This document shows, piece after piece, positions 41,528-50,444 of a stretch of 64,000 bases of DNA. The notes beneath the pieces were generated by a model, which did no database searches, was not told the DNA's origin, and saw only the letters and a list, made by a program, of their open reading frames with translations. The number at the start of each line of letters is the position of its first letter. The first letter of the stretch is position 1. The stretch is from an uncultured Clostridium sp. (GTDB lineage Bacteria > Bacillota > Clostridia > TANB77 > CAG-508). The stretch covers positions 16,994-80,993 of the forward strand of contig CAMPBS010000002.1 in the NCBI GenBank assembly GCA_946639585.1, in the 5' to 3' direction. A program made the translations under genes and the position numbers.

Positions 41528-42304
41528 ATGGAAACAAACAAATTAAAAACAATCTCAAATTTATTTGAAGGAAAAGAAATTAGGAGTGTGTGGGATTCAG
41601 AAAAAGAGGAATATTATTTTAGCGTTGTAGATGTAATAAGTGCTTTAACGGACAGTAATAATCCAAGACATTATTGGGCAGTTTTAAAATCTAGGTTAAA
41701 AATAGAGGGAAGTGAAGTGGTCACAAATTGTGACCAGTTGAAAATGTTAGCTCCAGATGGGAAAATAAGATTAAGAGATGCAATGATTACCAAAGACATT
41801 TTAAGATTAATTGAATCAGTTCCTAGTCCCAAAGCAGAGCCATTTAAATTATGGTTAGCACAAATGGGAAGTGAAAGGATTGACGAAATATTTGATCCAG
41901 AAAAAGCTATAAAAAGAGCAATAGATTATTACAGAAATAGAGGGTATTCAGATGACTGGATTGAAAGAAGATTAAAAGGAATATTAGATAGAAATAAATT
42001 AACAGATGTATGGAAAGAAAATGGAATTAAAGAGAATTACGAATTTGCAGTTTTAACAAATGAGATTTACAAAACCTGGTCTGGAATGAAAGCATCAGAG
42101 TATAAGGCTTTTAAAGGAATAAGAAAAGAATCTTTAAGAGATAATATGTCAGATATAGAAGTTGCACTTACAGATTTAGGCGAAATAGCTACAAGAGAGT
42201 TAGCTAAAAAGCACAAACCACAAGGCTTAAAAGAAAATAAAAAGATAGCAAAAGAAGGTGGGGAAGTGGCTAAAACTGCAAGAAATGATTTAGAAAAAAA
42301 TTAG
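41528..42304 (+). CDS. Bro-N domain protein (phage antirepressor / DinD-like)
   Basis: It has a Bro-N-like N-terminal region (SVWDSEKEEYYFSVVDVISAL...FKLWLAQMG). Confidence 0.6.
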   Translation: METNKLKTISNLFEGKEIRSVWDSEKEEYYFSVVDVISALTDSNNPRHYWAVLKSRLKIEGSEVVTNCDQLKMLAPDGKIRLRDAMITKDILRLIESVPSPKAEPFKLWLAQMGSERIDEIFDPEKAIKRAIDYYRNRGYSDDWIERRLKGILDRNKLTDVWKENGIKENYEFAVLTNEIYKTWSGMKASEYKAFKGIRKESLRDNMSDIEVALTDLGEIATRELAKKHKPQGLKENKKIAKEGGEVAKTARNDLEKN

Positions 42305-42464
42305 GAGAAACAGTTATAAGTAAAGAAAACGCATTAAATTATAAATATTCAGATAACAATAAATTAAACAAAGAAAACCAAAAGACTATAAAAAAAGCAG
42401 AAAAAAGGAAAGAGATTAAGTAAAAAAATACAGATGTTGAAGAAATCTTATATTCTATTTTATT

Positions 42465-42692
42465 TTATTTTTTCTTTGGATATGGTTTTATTTCATCGGT
42501 TAAACCTAAAATATAATCAGTAGATGTTTTATAAAATGAGGCTAGTTTTATTAAATGGTCAATTTGAATTGTATTTTTTTCATTTTCGATTTGAGAATAA
42601 CTATTTTGTTGAATTCCTAAAAACTTTGCTATTTCAGCTTGTTTTATATCATTATCTTCTCTAAGTTCTTTAATTCTTAACATCGCACTCAC
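42465..42692 (-). CDS. XRE-family HTH transcriptional regulator (Cro/CI-type)
   Basis: The HTH region is QAEIAKFLGIQQNSYSQIENEK. Confidence 0.8.
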   Translation of the reverse strand: MSAMLRIKELREDNDIKQAEIAKFLGIQQNSYSQIENEKNTIQIDHLIKLASFYKTSTDYILGLTDEIKPYPKKK

Positions 42693-42816
42693 CTCAAAAA
42701 TAATTCTATAATATCTTTGAAAATGATATTGACAATTATCTTTGATAATGATATAAAAGAATTATCTTTACTAAAGATAATTGCAAAATTAGAACTAATA
42801 AAAAGGGGGACGAAAG

Positions 42817-44311
42817 ATGAAGAAAGAAGAAAAAAGAAACAAAGGAATTACGCTTATAGCATTAATAATCACAATTATAGTATTATTAATTTTGGCTCGG
42901 AATAACAATAAATGCACTAACAGGAAGTGATTCAGCACCTGCCAAAGCAAATGAAGCAGAGCAAAAAAATGATATAGGTTCAGCAAAAGACCAAATCAGC
43001 TTAACAGCAATAAATGCCAAAACTGATGCATATGATACAGCATATGTAGGAAATGGAGTATCAAGTTCAGAAGCAGCAACAACAATAGGACAAGCAGTAA
43101 TAGATGCTGTATTACCAATGAATGGAACAAATACGGGAAAGGCTTCAATATCAGTAGTGCAAGAAGAAAATGCAGGAGTAAAAGGAAATGCACTAATTAC
43201 AATATCAACAAGAGATTTTGAAATAGAAGGAAAAATAACTTTGCAAGATGGGATATTAACATGGGGAGAAATAGAAGATAATGTTCCTAGAATAAAAGGA
43301 ATTCCAACAAGTTTAATATTAAAATCAGGAGAAAAGAAAGACTTTAATGCAACTTTAAAAGGAATAACAGGAACAATAAATTGGAAAGTAGAAGAAGGTA
43401 GTGCTAAATTTATATTAGCAGATGAAAGCAAAGCAACAGAAACAACAGGAGAAAATGTAAAATTAGAAATATTAGATATAGCAAATAATAATGAAACTGT
43501 AATAATAACAGCAAAAGTAGAAGACAAATGCACAGCAACTTGCGAAATAACAGTAGAAAAAATCCTAAGAGCAAAAGATGTTTTAATTCCAAATCCATCT
43601 GGAACAACCGAAGCAGAAAAAAGTCCTTATGTATATTACACAATGAATGGACAAACAGAACCAACATTATGTAGGGTGCTGTATAATGAAGGAACTCCAG
43701 AAGATAACGGATATGGAATACAAATAATAACTGTCGGTACTGTAGGAAGTGTGGCATTAGGATTAGACGATGAAAATGTTGATGGAACATATTTGGCAAA
43801 AGTAAAAAAATCATATAATAATTCAGTTGCAAATTTAAATAAAAAAGCTTATGATCTTAGAAATTCTAATTTATCAGATTATGCTAGATGTGTTGGATGC
43901 TATCCAATGGGTATTCCTATTATTAATCCAAATGAGGATACTACAGGTAATATAACATTATCTGGTTCAAATGCTAGTATAACCGATTTAAAAATGCCTG
44001 ATGAAAACTATGAATATGATATTTCAAGAATGAATTCACTTGGAATTGCTGGTGCAGGAAATACATATTGGTTTGCATCTAGATATTGTAAAAATGATGG
44101 TAGTAGTGGAAATCAAATAGGTTTATGGTTTGGTTCATCAGTGGCGTTAAATGAAGGAAATGGTCTAGGTCGCATTAATGTTGGATATTATGTTAATTGT
44201 TATAGTATAACTTTGTATTTTAGACCAATATTTTATATAAATCCTAATATAAAAATAGATAGCGGCTCAGGAACATCAGCAGACCCGTACATACTAAAAG
44301 CAGGAAATTAA
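42817..44311 (+). pseudogene. pilin-like N-terminal segment fused to a large secreted domain, interrupted by a +1 frameshift near 42898
   Basis: The ATG at 42817 encodes MKKEEKRNKGITLIALIITIIVLLILA and then hits a stop. Shifting frame continues GITINALTGS... into the long ORF 43118-44311. The N-terminus is paralogous to the gene at 8480. Confidence 0.55.
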
Positions 44312-44427
44312 ATAAAATCAAACTCTGTATTATTTCAATACGGAGTTTTAATTTGTACAAATCTCTTGCTACTCACAGCAACTTATGATACAATTCAAAA
44401 TGAAAAAACAAAAGCGGGGGATTACAA

Positions 44428-45183
44428 ATGAGTGCAAGGAAAAGTTACAAAAGTAGCAAAAAAATGAGCAAAGAACAAATAATAACATCAATTATTTTAT
44501 TTATAATAGTTGTTGCGTTTAACTATTTTTATGAGATAATGAGTAAATCACATGAAAGTGAAGCAAACTCAAATATCTTTGGTAAAACATCATATTCAAA
44601 TTTAGTTGATGTACCAGATTATTCAGGCGAAATATGCGTAATGTTAAATGATAACAAGCCATACTTCAAAGAAGAAGAGTATACCACAAAAGCATTTGAA
44701 AACTATAGCGAACTAGACGCTTTAGGAAGATGTGGAGTAGCTTATGCAAATATCTGTAAAGAAACAATGCCACCAAAAGGTGATGAAAGAGGAGACATCA
44801 GCTCAGTTCGTCCAACAGGATGGAAACAAACTAAATGTAATGGGGAATATTTATATAATAGATGCCATTTAATTGCTTATTGTCTTTCTGATGAAGATGC
44901 TAATAAACAAAATTTAATAACTGGAACAAGATATTTTAATACAGAAGGAATGTTGCCAATAGAAAAGCTTGTTTTAGAATATATGAACAATAATAAAGAT
45001 AATCATGTGTTATACAGAGTAACGCCGGTTTTTAAGGACAAGAATCTTTTAGCAAGTGGAGTAGAGATGGAAGCTTATTCAGTGGAAGACAATGGAAAAC
45101 TATCTTTCAATGTATTTGTTTATAATGTTCAACCAGGAGCAAACTTAAATTATGCAACAGGAGAATTAATCAAAAACAATTGA
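44428..45183 (+). CDS. EndA-family membrane-anchored DNA-entry/non-specific nuclease
   Basis: An N-terminal TM anchor is followed by motifs TGWKQ, NRCHLIAY, VLYRVTPVF and LSFNVFVYNVQPGANLNYATGEL. These parallel pneumococcal EndA (PGWHQ, [40 protein letters not shown]). Confidence 0.7.
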   Translation: MSARKSYKSSKKMSKEQIITSIILFIIVVAFNYFYEIMSKSHESEANSNIFGKTSYSNLVDVPDYSGEICVMLNDNKPYFKEEEYTTKAFENYSELDALGRCGVAYANICKETMPPKGDERGDISSVRPTGWKQTKCNGEYLYNRCHLIAYCLSDEDANKQNLITGTRYFNTEGMLPIEKLVLEYMNNNKDNHVLYRVTPVFKDKNLLASGVEMEAYSVEDNGKLSFNVFVYNVQPGANLNYATGELIKNN

Positions 45184-45288
45184 CAAATTATGTAAAAGTA
45201 TATATAATCACTCTATATTTAAATCTTATTGCTATATTTCAATAGTAAAATTTCCCAAAAACAAATTTAAATAGGAGAGTGATTTTTA

Positions 45289-45978
45289 TTGAATTTAGAT
45301 ATATTCAATGATTTAGTTAATGATGTAAAAAACAGCAATGAAATTCAAAATCTTATAAAAGAAGTAAAAAAATATTTAGAAAACAATATAATAAAGAATG
45401 ATGTAAAGGAGGAAATAACATTGGTTAATCCTACTTATGATAGTGAAAGAATAATCACAAAATATAGAGATGAAATGCTAACAAAGAGGTTAGAGATTTT
45501 AAACAACTATGCCCAAAATACTAAATATAAAGGAGAAATGTACTACATCTATAGTAAAAATTCTGAAAATGAAAACAATTATAATCTTTGCATTTGTGAA
45601 GAAGATAAAAGCCATATCGTTATAGAAAAAAGCCAAGAAGAACTACCTTCAGGTGCAATAGTAGGTAGTGTCTTGAGAAAAAATAATGATAGATTTATTA
45701 TAGATGAAAAAGCAACTAAAACTATTTCTGAAAAATTAGATAACATGAAATCTCAATTATTAGAAGAACAAAGAGAATTTTTAGCTAGTCAAAGAATAGA
45801 AGGACATATGTATGAGATGGCTGAAAAAAGTGAAGATAGAGTATTGCTATTCGATATAACAGCAGGAAACGATGAAGGCTTTGAAGAAATAGATTTTCCT
45901 TTGGAATTACTAAATGAAAGCAAAGAGGGAGAGTTATTTGTTTTTGAAGATGGAGAATATATAAAAGTTGACGATTAG
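45289..45978 (+). CDS. hypothetical protein (possible nuclease partner/immunity protein), TTG start
   Basis: An AGGAGAG RBS precedes the start, the ORF lies immediately downstream of the nuclease, and the protein is acidic. Confidence 0.4.
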   Translation: MNLDIFNDLVNDVKNSNEIQNLIKEVKKYLENNIIKNDVKEEITLVNPTYDSERIITKYRDEMLTKRLEILNNYAQNTKYKGEMYYIYSKNSENENNYNLCICEEDKSHIVIEKSQEELPSGAIVGSVLRKNNDRFIIDEKATKTISEKLDNMKSQLLEEQREFLASQRIEGHMYEMAEKSEDRVLLFDITAGNDEGFEEIDFPLELLNESKEGELFVFEDGEYIKVDD

Positions 45979-46022
45979 AAAATATTATGTTAATATGTAA
46001 TTAGTTTTAATTATAAAAGCTT

Positions 46023-46096
46023 GCGAACGTAGCCAAATTGGGAAGGCAACTGCTAGGAGTAGTAGAGATGAGAAGGTTCGAATCCTTCCGTTCGCA
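46023..46096 (+). tRNA. tRNA-like sequence with a defective anticodon arm (probable pseudo-tRNA or integration scar)
   Basis: It has an acceptor stem (GCGAACG/CGTTCGC), a canonical T-arm (GAAGG-TTCGAAT-CCTTC) and a D-arm. The anticodon stem (CTGCT/AGTAG) closes only a 6 nt loop. A terminator hairpin follows at 46101-46130. Confidence 0.4.
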
Positions 46097-46278
46097 TAAA
46101 AATAGAGACTTTGTGTCTCTATTTTTTTATTCTATTATTTTTGTGTTTTAAAAAATATAAAAAATACTTGACAGTCAATATAAATCTATATATAATACAA
46201 ACAAGAATTTGAATACCAATATATATAAATGGAAAATAATGGATGCAAAAATACAATTAAAAGAAAGGAAAACTTAAA

Positions 46279-47115
46279 ATGGATGAAAAAAAGTTAATTA
46301 ATATTACAGAGGAAAATTTTGAAAGTATAAAACATATGGATGAAGATGGAATTGAATTTTGGTATGGAAGAGAATTGATGAAGGTATTAGATTATTCAAG
46401 TTGGGATAAATTTAAAAAAATTATAAAAAAAGCAATGATAGCGTGCGAAAATAGCCAAGTATCAATAAAGCAATGTTTTTCCCAATTGGGAAAAACATCA
46501 AAAATGCCTAATGGTGGAGAAAAGTATGTTGAAGATTTTGATTATAAATTAAATAGATATGCATGTTATTTAGTTGCTCAAAATGGAAGTTCAAAGAAAA
46601 AAACTATTGCACTTGCTCAAACTTATTTTGCAGTACAAACAAGAAAACAGGAATTGACAAGAAAAGAATATGAACAACTAAGTGAAGATGAAAAGAGATT
46701 ATATACAAGAAAGAATGTAAGAGATAAAAATAAATATTTATTTGATACAGCAAAAATAGCAGGTGTACGAAATTATGGGAAATTTAATAATTATGGTTAT
46801 AGAGGATTATACAATGGTGAAACAGCAAAAGATATTGCAAATAGAAAAGGTATATCAGAAAAAGAAGATATTTTAGATTACATGAGTAGTACAGAATTAG
46901 CTGCAAACCTATTTAGAATTACTCAAACAGACGAGGTTCTTAAAAATAAGAATATAAATAATGAAGATGAGGCTTGCAATACTCATCATAAAGTAGGACA
47001 AGCAGTTAGGCAAACTATAAAAAGAATTGGTGGTACAATGCCAGAAGATTTACCAACACCAGCCAAAAGTACAAAACAAATTGAAAAAGAGAAACAAAAG
47101 AAATTAAAAGCATAA
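46279..47115 (+). CDS. DNA-damage-inducible protein D (DinD)-like, Bro-N family
   Basis: It has a DinD-like pattern (FWYGRELMKVLDY...RYACYLVAQNG...IALAQTYFA). Confidence 0.6.
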   Translation: MDEKKLINITEENFESIKHMDEDGIEFWYGRELMKVLDYSSWDKFKKIIKKAMIACENSQVSIKQCFSQLGKTSKMPNGGEKYVEDFDYKLNRYACYLVAQNGSSKKKTIALAQTYFAVQTRKQELTRKEYEQLSEDEKRLYTRKNVRDKNKYLFDTAKIAGVRNYGKFNNYGYRGLYNGETAKDIANRKGISEKEDILDYMSSTELAANLFRITQTDEVLKNKNINNEDEACNTHHKVGQAVRQTIKRIGGTMPEDLPTPAKSTKQIEKEKQKKLKA

Positions 47116-47267
47116 AAATAAAAACTCTGTATATAAAAAATACAGAGTTTTTGCATATAAAGAAAAATTTTTCAAAAGCCTCTTGACATCGAACATAATT
47201 TCATATATAATATAAACACACAAACAATAATTCGTAAAACAAATATTTTAAAAGGATGTGATTGTAT

Positions 47268-47579
47268 ATGAGAAAAGTAAATGGAAAAAGAAAAACAAAA
47301 TTAAATGTAAAAACAATATTGTTAATAGTTTTAGCTATAATATCAATTAGTTTAATAACATCTGCAAACAAGTCATATTCAAAAGTAGAGATACAATACA
47401 AAACAGAGTATGCTAGTTCAGGAGATACATTGTGGTCAATAGCGGAGCGTGAAAGTGAAAACAACAATTATTATAAAGATAAAGATGTAAGAGAAATAAT
47501 CTATGATTTAAAGAAAATAAATAATCTTTCAAACTCAAATTTGGCAGAAGGACAAGAAATAAAGATACCAAAGATTTAA
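47268..47579 (+). CDS. LysM-domain membrane protein, YneA-like (candidate SOS cell-division inhibitor)
   Basis: It is about 103 aa with an N-terminal TM helix and a C-terminal LysM domain (YASSGDTLWSIAE...LAEGQEIKIP). Confidence 0.55.
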   Translation: MRKVNGKRKTKLNVKTILLIVLAIISISLITSANKSYSKVEIQYKTEYASSGDTLWSIAERESENNNYYKDKDVREIIYDLKKINNLSNSNLAEGQEIKIPKI

Positions 47580-47628
47580 TAAAAAACTAGTTTTAGGTTA
47601 AACTAATCCCAAGGAATGGGAGGCAAAA

Positions 47629-48627
47629 ATGTTTAAACCTAAAACTATTTTTTTTGAAAAAGAAATTGTAAATTATAAGCTTGGAAAAGAGCTAATGGAA
47701 AAATACAAAGAAATTCCTAAAATAGAAATAGCTAATCACAACAACATAGAAGAACTGCGAAAAAGTGAGAACAAAGAGTTCCTAAATCTAAAAAACAACT
47801 TAATAATAGGAGTTAGGAAAACACACAAATTTGTAGAAAATCATAAAGTATCAGATTATTTGGTGCCATACACATCTTCAGGTTGTAGTGCTGCATGTAT
47901 GTATTGCTATTTGGTTTGCAATTATAACAAATGTAGCTATTTAAGACTATTTGTAAACAGAGAGCAAATGTTAGATAAAATAATAAAAACTTCAGAAAAA
48001 TCCGAAAGAGAATTAACCTTTGAAATTGGTAGTAATAGTGATTTAATTTTAGAAAATACTATAACAGGAAACTTGCCATGGACAATAGAAAATTTCAAAA
48101 ATACTAAAAAAGGAATGCTTACATTTCCTACAAAATTTGATATGGTAGATGATATTCTAAATGTTGCCCATCAAGGAAAAGTAATTACAAGAATGAGTGT
48201 AAACCCAGATGAAATAATAAAACAAGTAGAGCTTGGTACATCAAGGCTAAAAGGTAGAATAGAAGCGATAAACAAGCTAAAAGAAGCGGGGTACAAAGTT
48301 GGAATTCTTATTGCACCTGTAATAATGGTAGACAACTGGAAAGAACTTTATTCAGAGCTTATAAAACAATTAGAAAGAAATCTGAGTGAACAAGTAAAAA
48401 AAGAATTATTCTTTGAAGTGATTTTTATGACATACAGCTATGTGCACACAAAAATAAATGAAGAAGCATTTCCCAATGCCATCAATTTATACAATAAAGA
48501 ACAAATGACAGGGAGAGGTAGAGGAAAATATATGTACAAAAATGAACTTAGAAAAGATGGAGAAGTGTTTATGCGCGAGCAACTTGGAAAGTGTTTTCCT
48601 AATAATAAAATCTTATATGTAGTGTGA
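47629..48627 (+). CDS. splB: spore photoproduct lyase (radical SAM)
   Basis: It has a CxxxCxxC motif (CSAACMYC) and the size and pattern of SplB. Confidence 0.7.
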   Translation: MFKPKTIFFEKEIVNYKLGKELMEKYKEIPKIEIANHNNIEELRKSENKEFLNLKNNLIIGVRKTHKFVENHKVSDYLVPYTSSGCSAACMYCYLVCNYNKCSYLRLFVNREQMLDKIIKTSEKSERELTFEIGSNSDLILENTITGNLPWTIENFKNTKKGMLTFPTKFDMVDDILNVAHQGKVITRMSVNPDEIIKQVELGTSRLKGRIEAINKLKEAGYKVGILIAPVIMVDNWKELYSELIKQLERNLSEQVKKELFFEVIFMTYSYVHTKINEEAFPNAINLYNKEQMTGRGRGKYMYKNELRKDGEVFMREQLGKCFPNNKILYVV

Positions 48628-48644
48628 TTTTTTGCGTTAAAATG

Positions 48645-48673
48645 TTGACAAATAAGCCATATTAACATATAAT
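48645..48673 (+). promoter_or_regulatory. sigma-A-type promoter, TTGACA-17-TATAAT, of the cysS leader
   Basis: ttgacaaataagccatattaacatataat is a perfect consensus with 17 nt spacing. Confidence 0.7.
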
Positions 48674-48701
48674 ATTACTAAGTTTAAAAGGAGAAAATAA
48701 A

Positions 48702-48743
48702 ATGAGTAATAAAAATATAATCTTTAATTGTTGTTGTAGATAA
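48702..48743 (+). CDS. candidate leader peptide MSNKNIIFNCCCR with three tandem Cys codons
   Basis: An AAAGGAG RBS sits 8 nt before the ATG. The ORF carries TGT TGT TGT and is followed by alternative hairpins and a terminator. Confidence 0.5.
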   Translation: MSNKNIIFNCCCR

Positions 48744-48817
48744 AATACTCTATCTATTGTAGATAAGAGTATTAATTAGTGTACCCTACAATAGAGATTA
48801 TATTTATAATAAAGTAT

Positions 48818-48852
48818 AAGAACTATGTGGGGAAAACACATAGTTCTTTTGA
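48818..48852 (+). terminator. intrinsic terminator / attenuator immediately upstream of cysS
   Basis: The 12 bp stem aagaactatgtg / cacatagttctt has a gggaaaa loop and is followed by TTTT. Confidence 0.65.
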
Positions 48853-48870
48853 ATATTAGGAGGTATTATA

Positions 48871-50340
48871 ATGAAAATTCACAATTCAATAACAGGAAAA
48901 AAAGAAGAATTTATTCCAATAGACGGAAAAAATGTTAGAATGTACGCATGCGGTGTAACAGTATATGATCTAAGCCATATAGGCCATGCAAGGCAAGCAA
49001 TAGTATATGCAATGATGGCAGATTATTTAAGATATAGAGGCTATAACGTAAAATACGTTAGAAATTACACAGATGTAGATGATAAAATAATAAAGAGAGC
49101 AAATGAACGAGGAAAAGATGCATTAGACTTTTCAAAAGAGCAAATTGCTGAAACTGAAAAAGATATGGAAGCTTTGCATGTAACAGAAGCAGATGAAAAA
49201 CCAAAAGCATCAGAATACATTGGGAAAATAATTGAGTTCGTTCAAGGTTTAATTGAAAAAGGATATGCATACCCAGCTCCAAATGGTGATGTATATTATA
49301 GAGTAAGAAAATTCAATGGTTATGGTAAATTGTCACATAGAAATGTTGATGAATTATTAAATGGAGTTCGTAAAGAACTAGAAGAAGGAAAAGAAGATCC
49401 ATTAGACTTTGCACTTTGGAAATCAGCAAAACCAGGAGAAATTTCTTGGGATTCTCCATGGGGCAAAGGTAGGCCAGGCTGGCATATAGAATGCTCTGTA
49501 ATGGCAAAAGATACATTGGGCGAATCAATAGACATTCATGGTGGAGGAAGAGATTTGGTATTCCCACATCATGAAAATGAAATTGCACAAAGTGAAGCTT
49601 TAACAGGAAAGCCATTTGCAAAATATTGGTCACATTGTGGACTAATAAAAATAAATGGTGAAAAAATGAGTAAGTCTTTAGGAAATTCTGTAACTATTAG
49701 AGATGCATTAAAAATGTATAATTACGAAGTTTTAAAATATGTATTTTTTGAAAAACACTATGCATCAGATGTAGACATTTACGATAAAGATTATAAACAA
49801 GCAGAAAATCACATGTATTATTTTTATAACTCAATCAAAAACATGGAAAAATATATTAAAGAAAACAACGGAAATAAAGAAGGACAAAAAGTAGAAGATG
49901 ACATTTCAAATACAATTAAAGAAAAATTTATAGAAGTAATGGATGACGATTTCAACACATCAGCTGCAATAGCACAATTACATGTAATTTTTAAATATGT
50001 AAATAATTTAATGAAAACAGCAAAAAAATCAAATAAGATTTTAGCAGCAAATACAGTTGCAAATATATTAGATGAAGTAAAAGAAGTATATGGAATTTTA
50101 GGGTTTTTCAAACAAGAACCAGATACATTCATCAAAGAAATTCAAGAAAAATATTTAAAACAAATGGAATTAAATGTAGAATACATAAATGACGAAATCG
50201 AAAAAAGAACGGAAGCAAAGAAAAATAAAGATTACGAACTTGCTGATAAAATCAGAAGTGAACTAGATGAAAAAGGTATAATTTTAAATGACACAATAGA
50301 AGGAACAACATGGGACATCAAGTCACTATATCAAATCTAA
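48871..50340 (+). CDS. cysS: cysteine--tRNA ligase
   Basis: It has the HIGH motif (HIGHARQ) and the KMSKS motif. Confidence 0.95.
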   Translation: MKIHNSITGKKEEFIPIDGKNVRMYACGVTVYDLSHIGHARQAIVYAMMADYLRYRGYNVKYVRNYTDVDDKIIKRANERGKDALDFSKEQIAETEKDMEALHVTEADEKPKASEYIGKIIEFVQGLIEKGYAYPAPNGDVYYRVRKFNGYGKLSHRNVDELLNGVRKELEEGKEDPLDFALWKSAKPGEISWDSPWGKGRPGWHIECSVMAKDTLGESIDIHGGGRDLVFPHHENEIAQSEALTGKPFAKYWSHCGLIKINGEKMSKSLGNSVTIRDALKMYNYEVLKYVFFEKHYASDVDIYDKDYKQAENHMYYFYNSIKNMEKYIKENNGNKEGQKVEDDISNTIKEKFIEVMDDDFNTSAAIAQLHVIFKYVNNLMKTAKKSNKILAANTVANILDEVKEVYGILGFFKQEPDTFIKEIQEKYLKQMELNVEYINDEIEKRTEAKKNKDYELADKIRSELDEKGIILNDTIEGTTWDIKSLYQI

Positions 50341-50444
50341 CAAGATAATTAAAATGGAATAATTTTGACAAATTCGAAATTATTCCATTTCACTTTATTT
50401 TTTTTTATATATATGATAAAATATGCAAAAAGGAAACAAAAAAT

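Noticed and set aside
47189-47203. LexA/Cheo box in the promoter of the YneA-like gene
   Set aside because: Only CGAACATAATTTCA is present, with the second half-site TTTC instead of GTTC. The paralogous promoters at 41450 and 46158 lack it. I kept it as a weak note inside a finding rather than a feature.
48771-48800. Possible T-box element in the cysS leader (AATTAGTGTACC resembles the T-box core)
   Set aside because: The invariant GGGUGG...ACCGCG core is absent and there is no Stem I or specifier-loop architecture. The leader is only ~200 nt and is occupied by a leader-peptide ORF.
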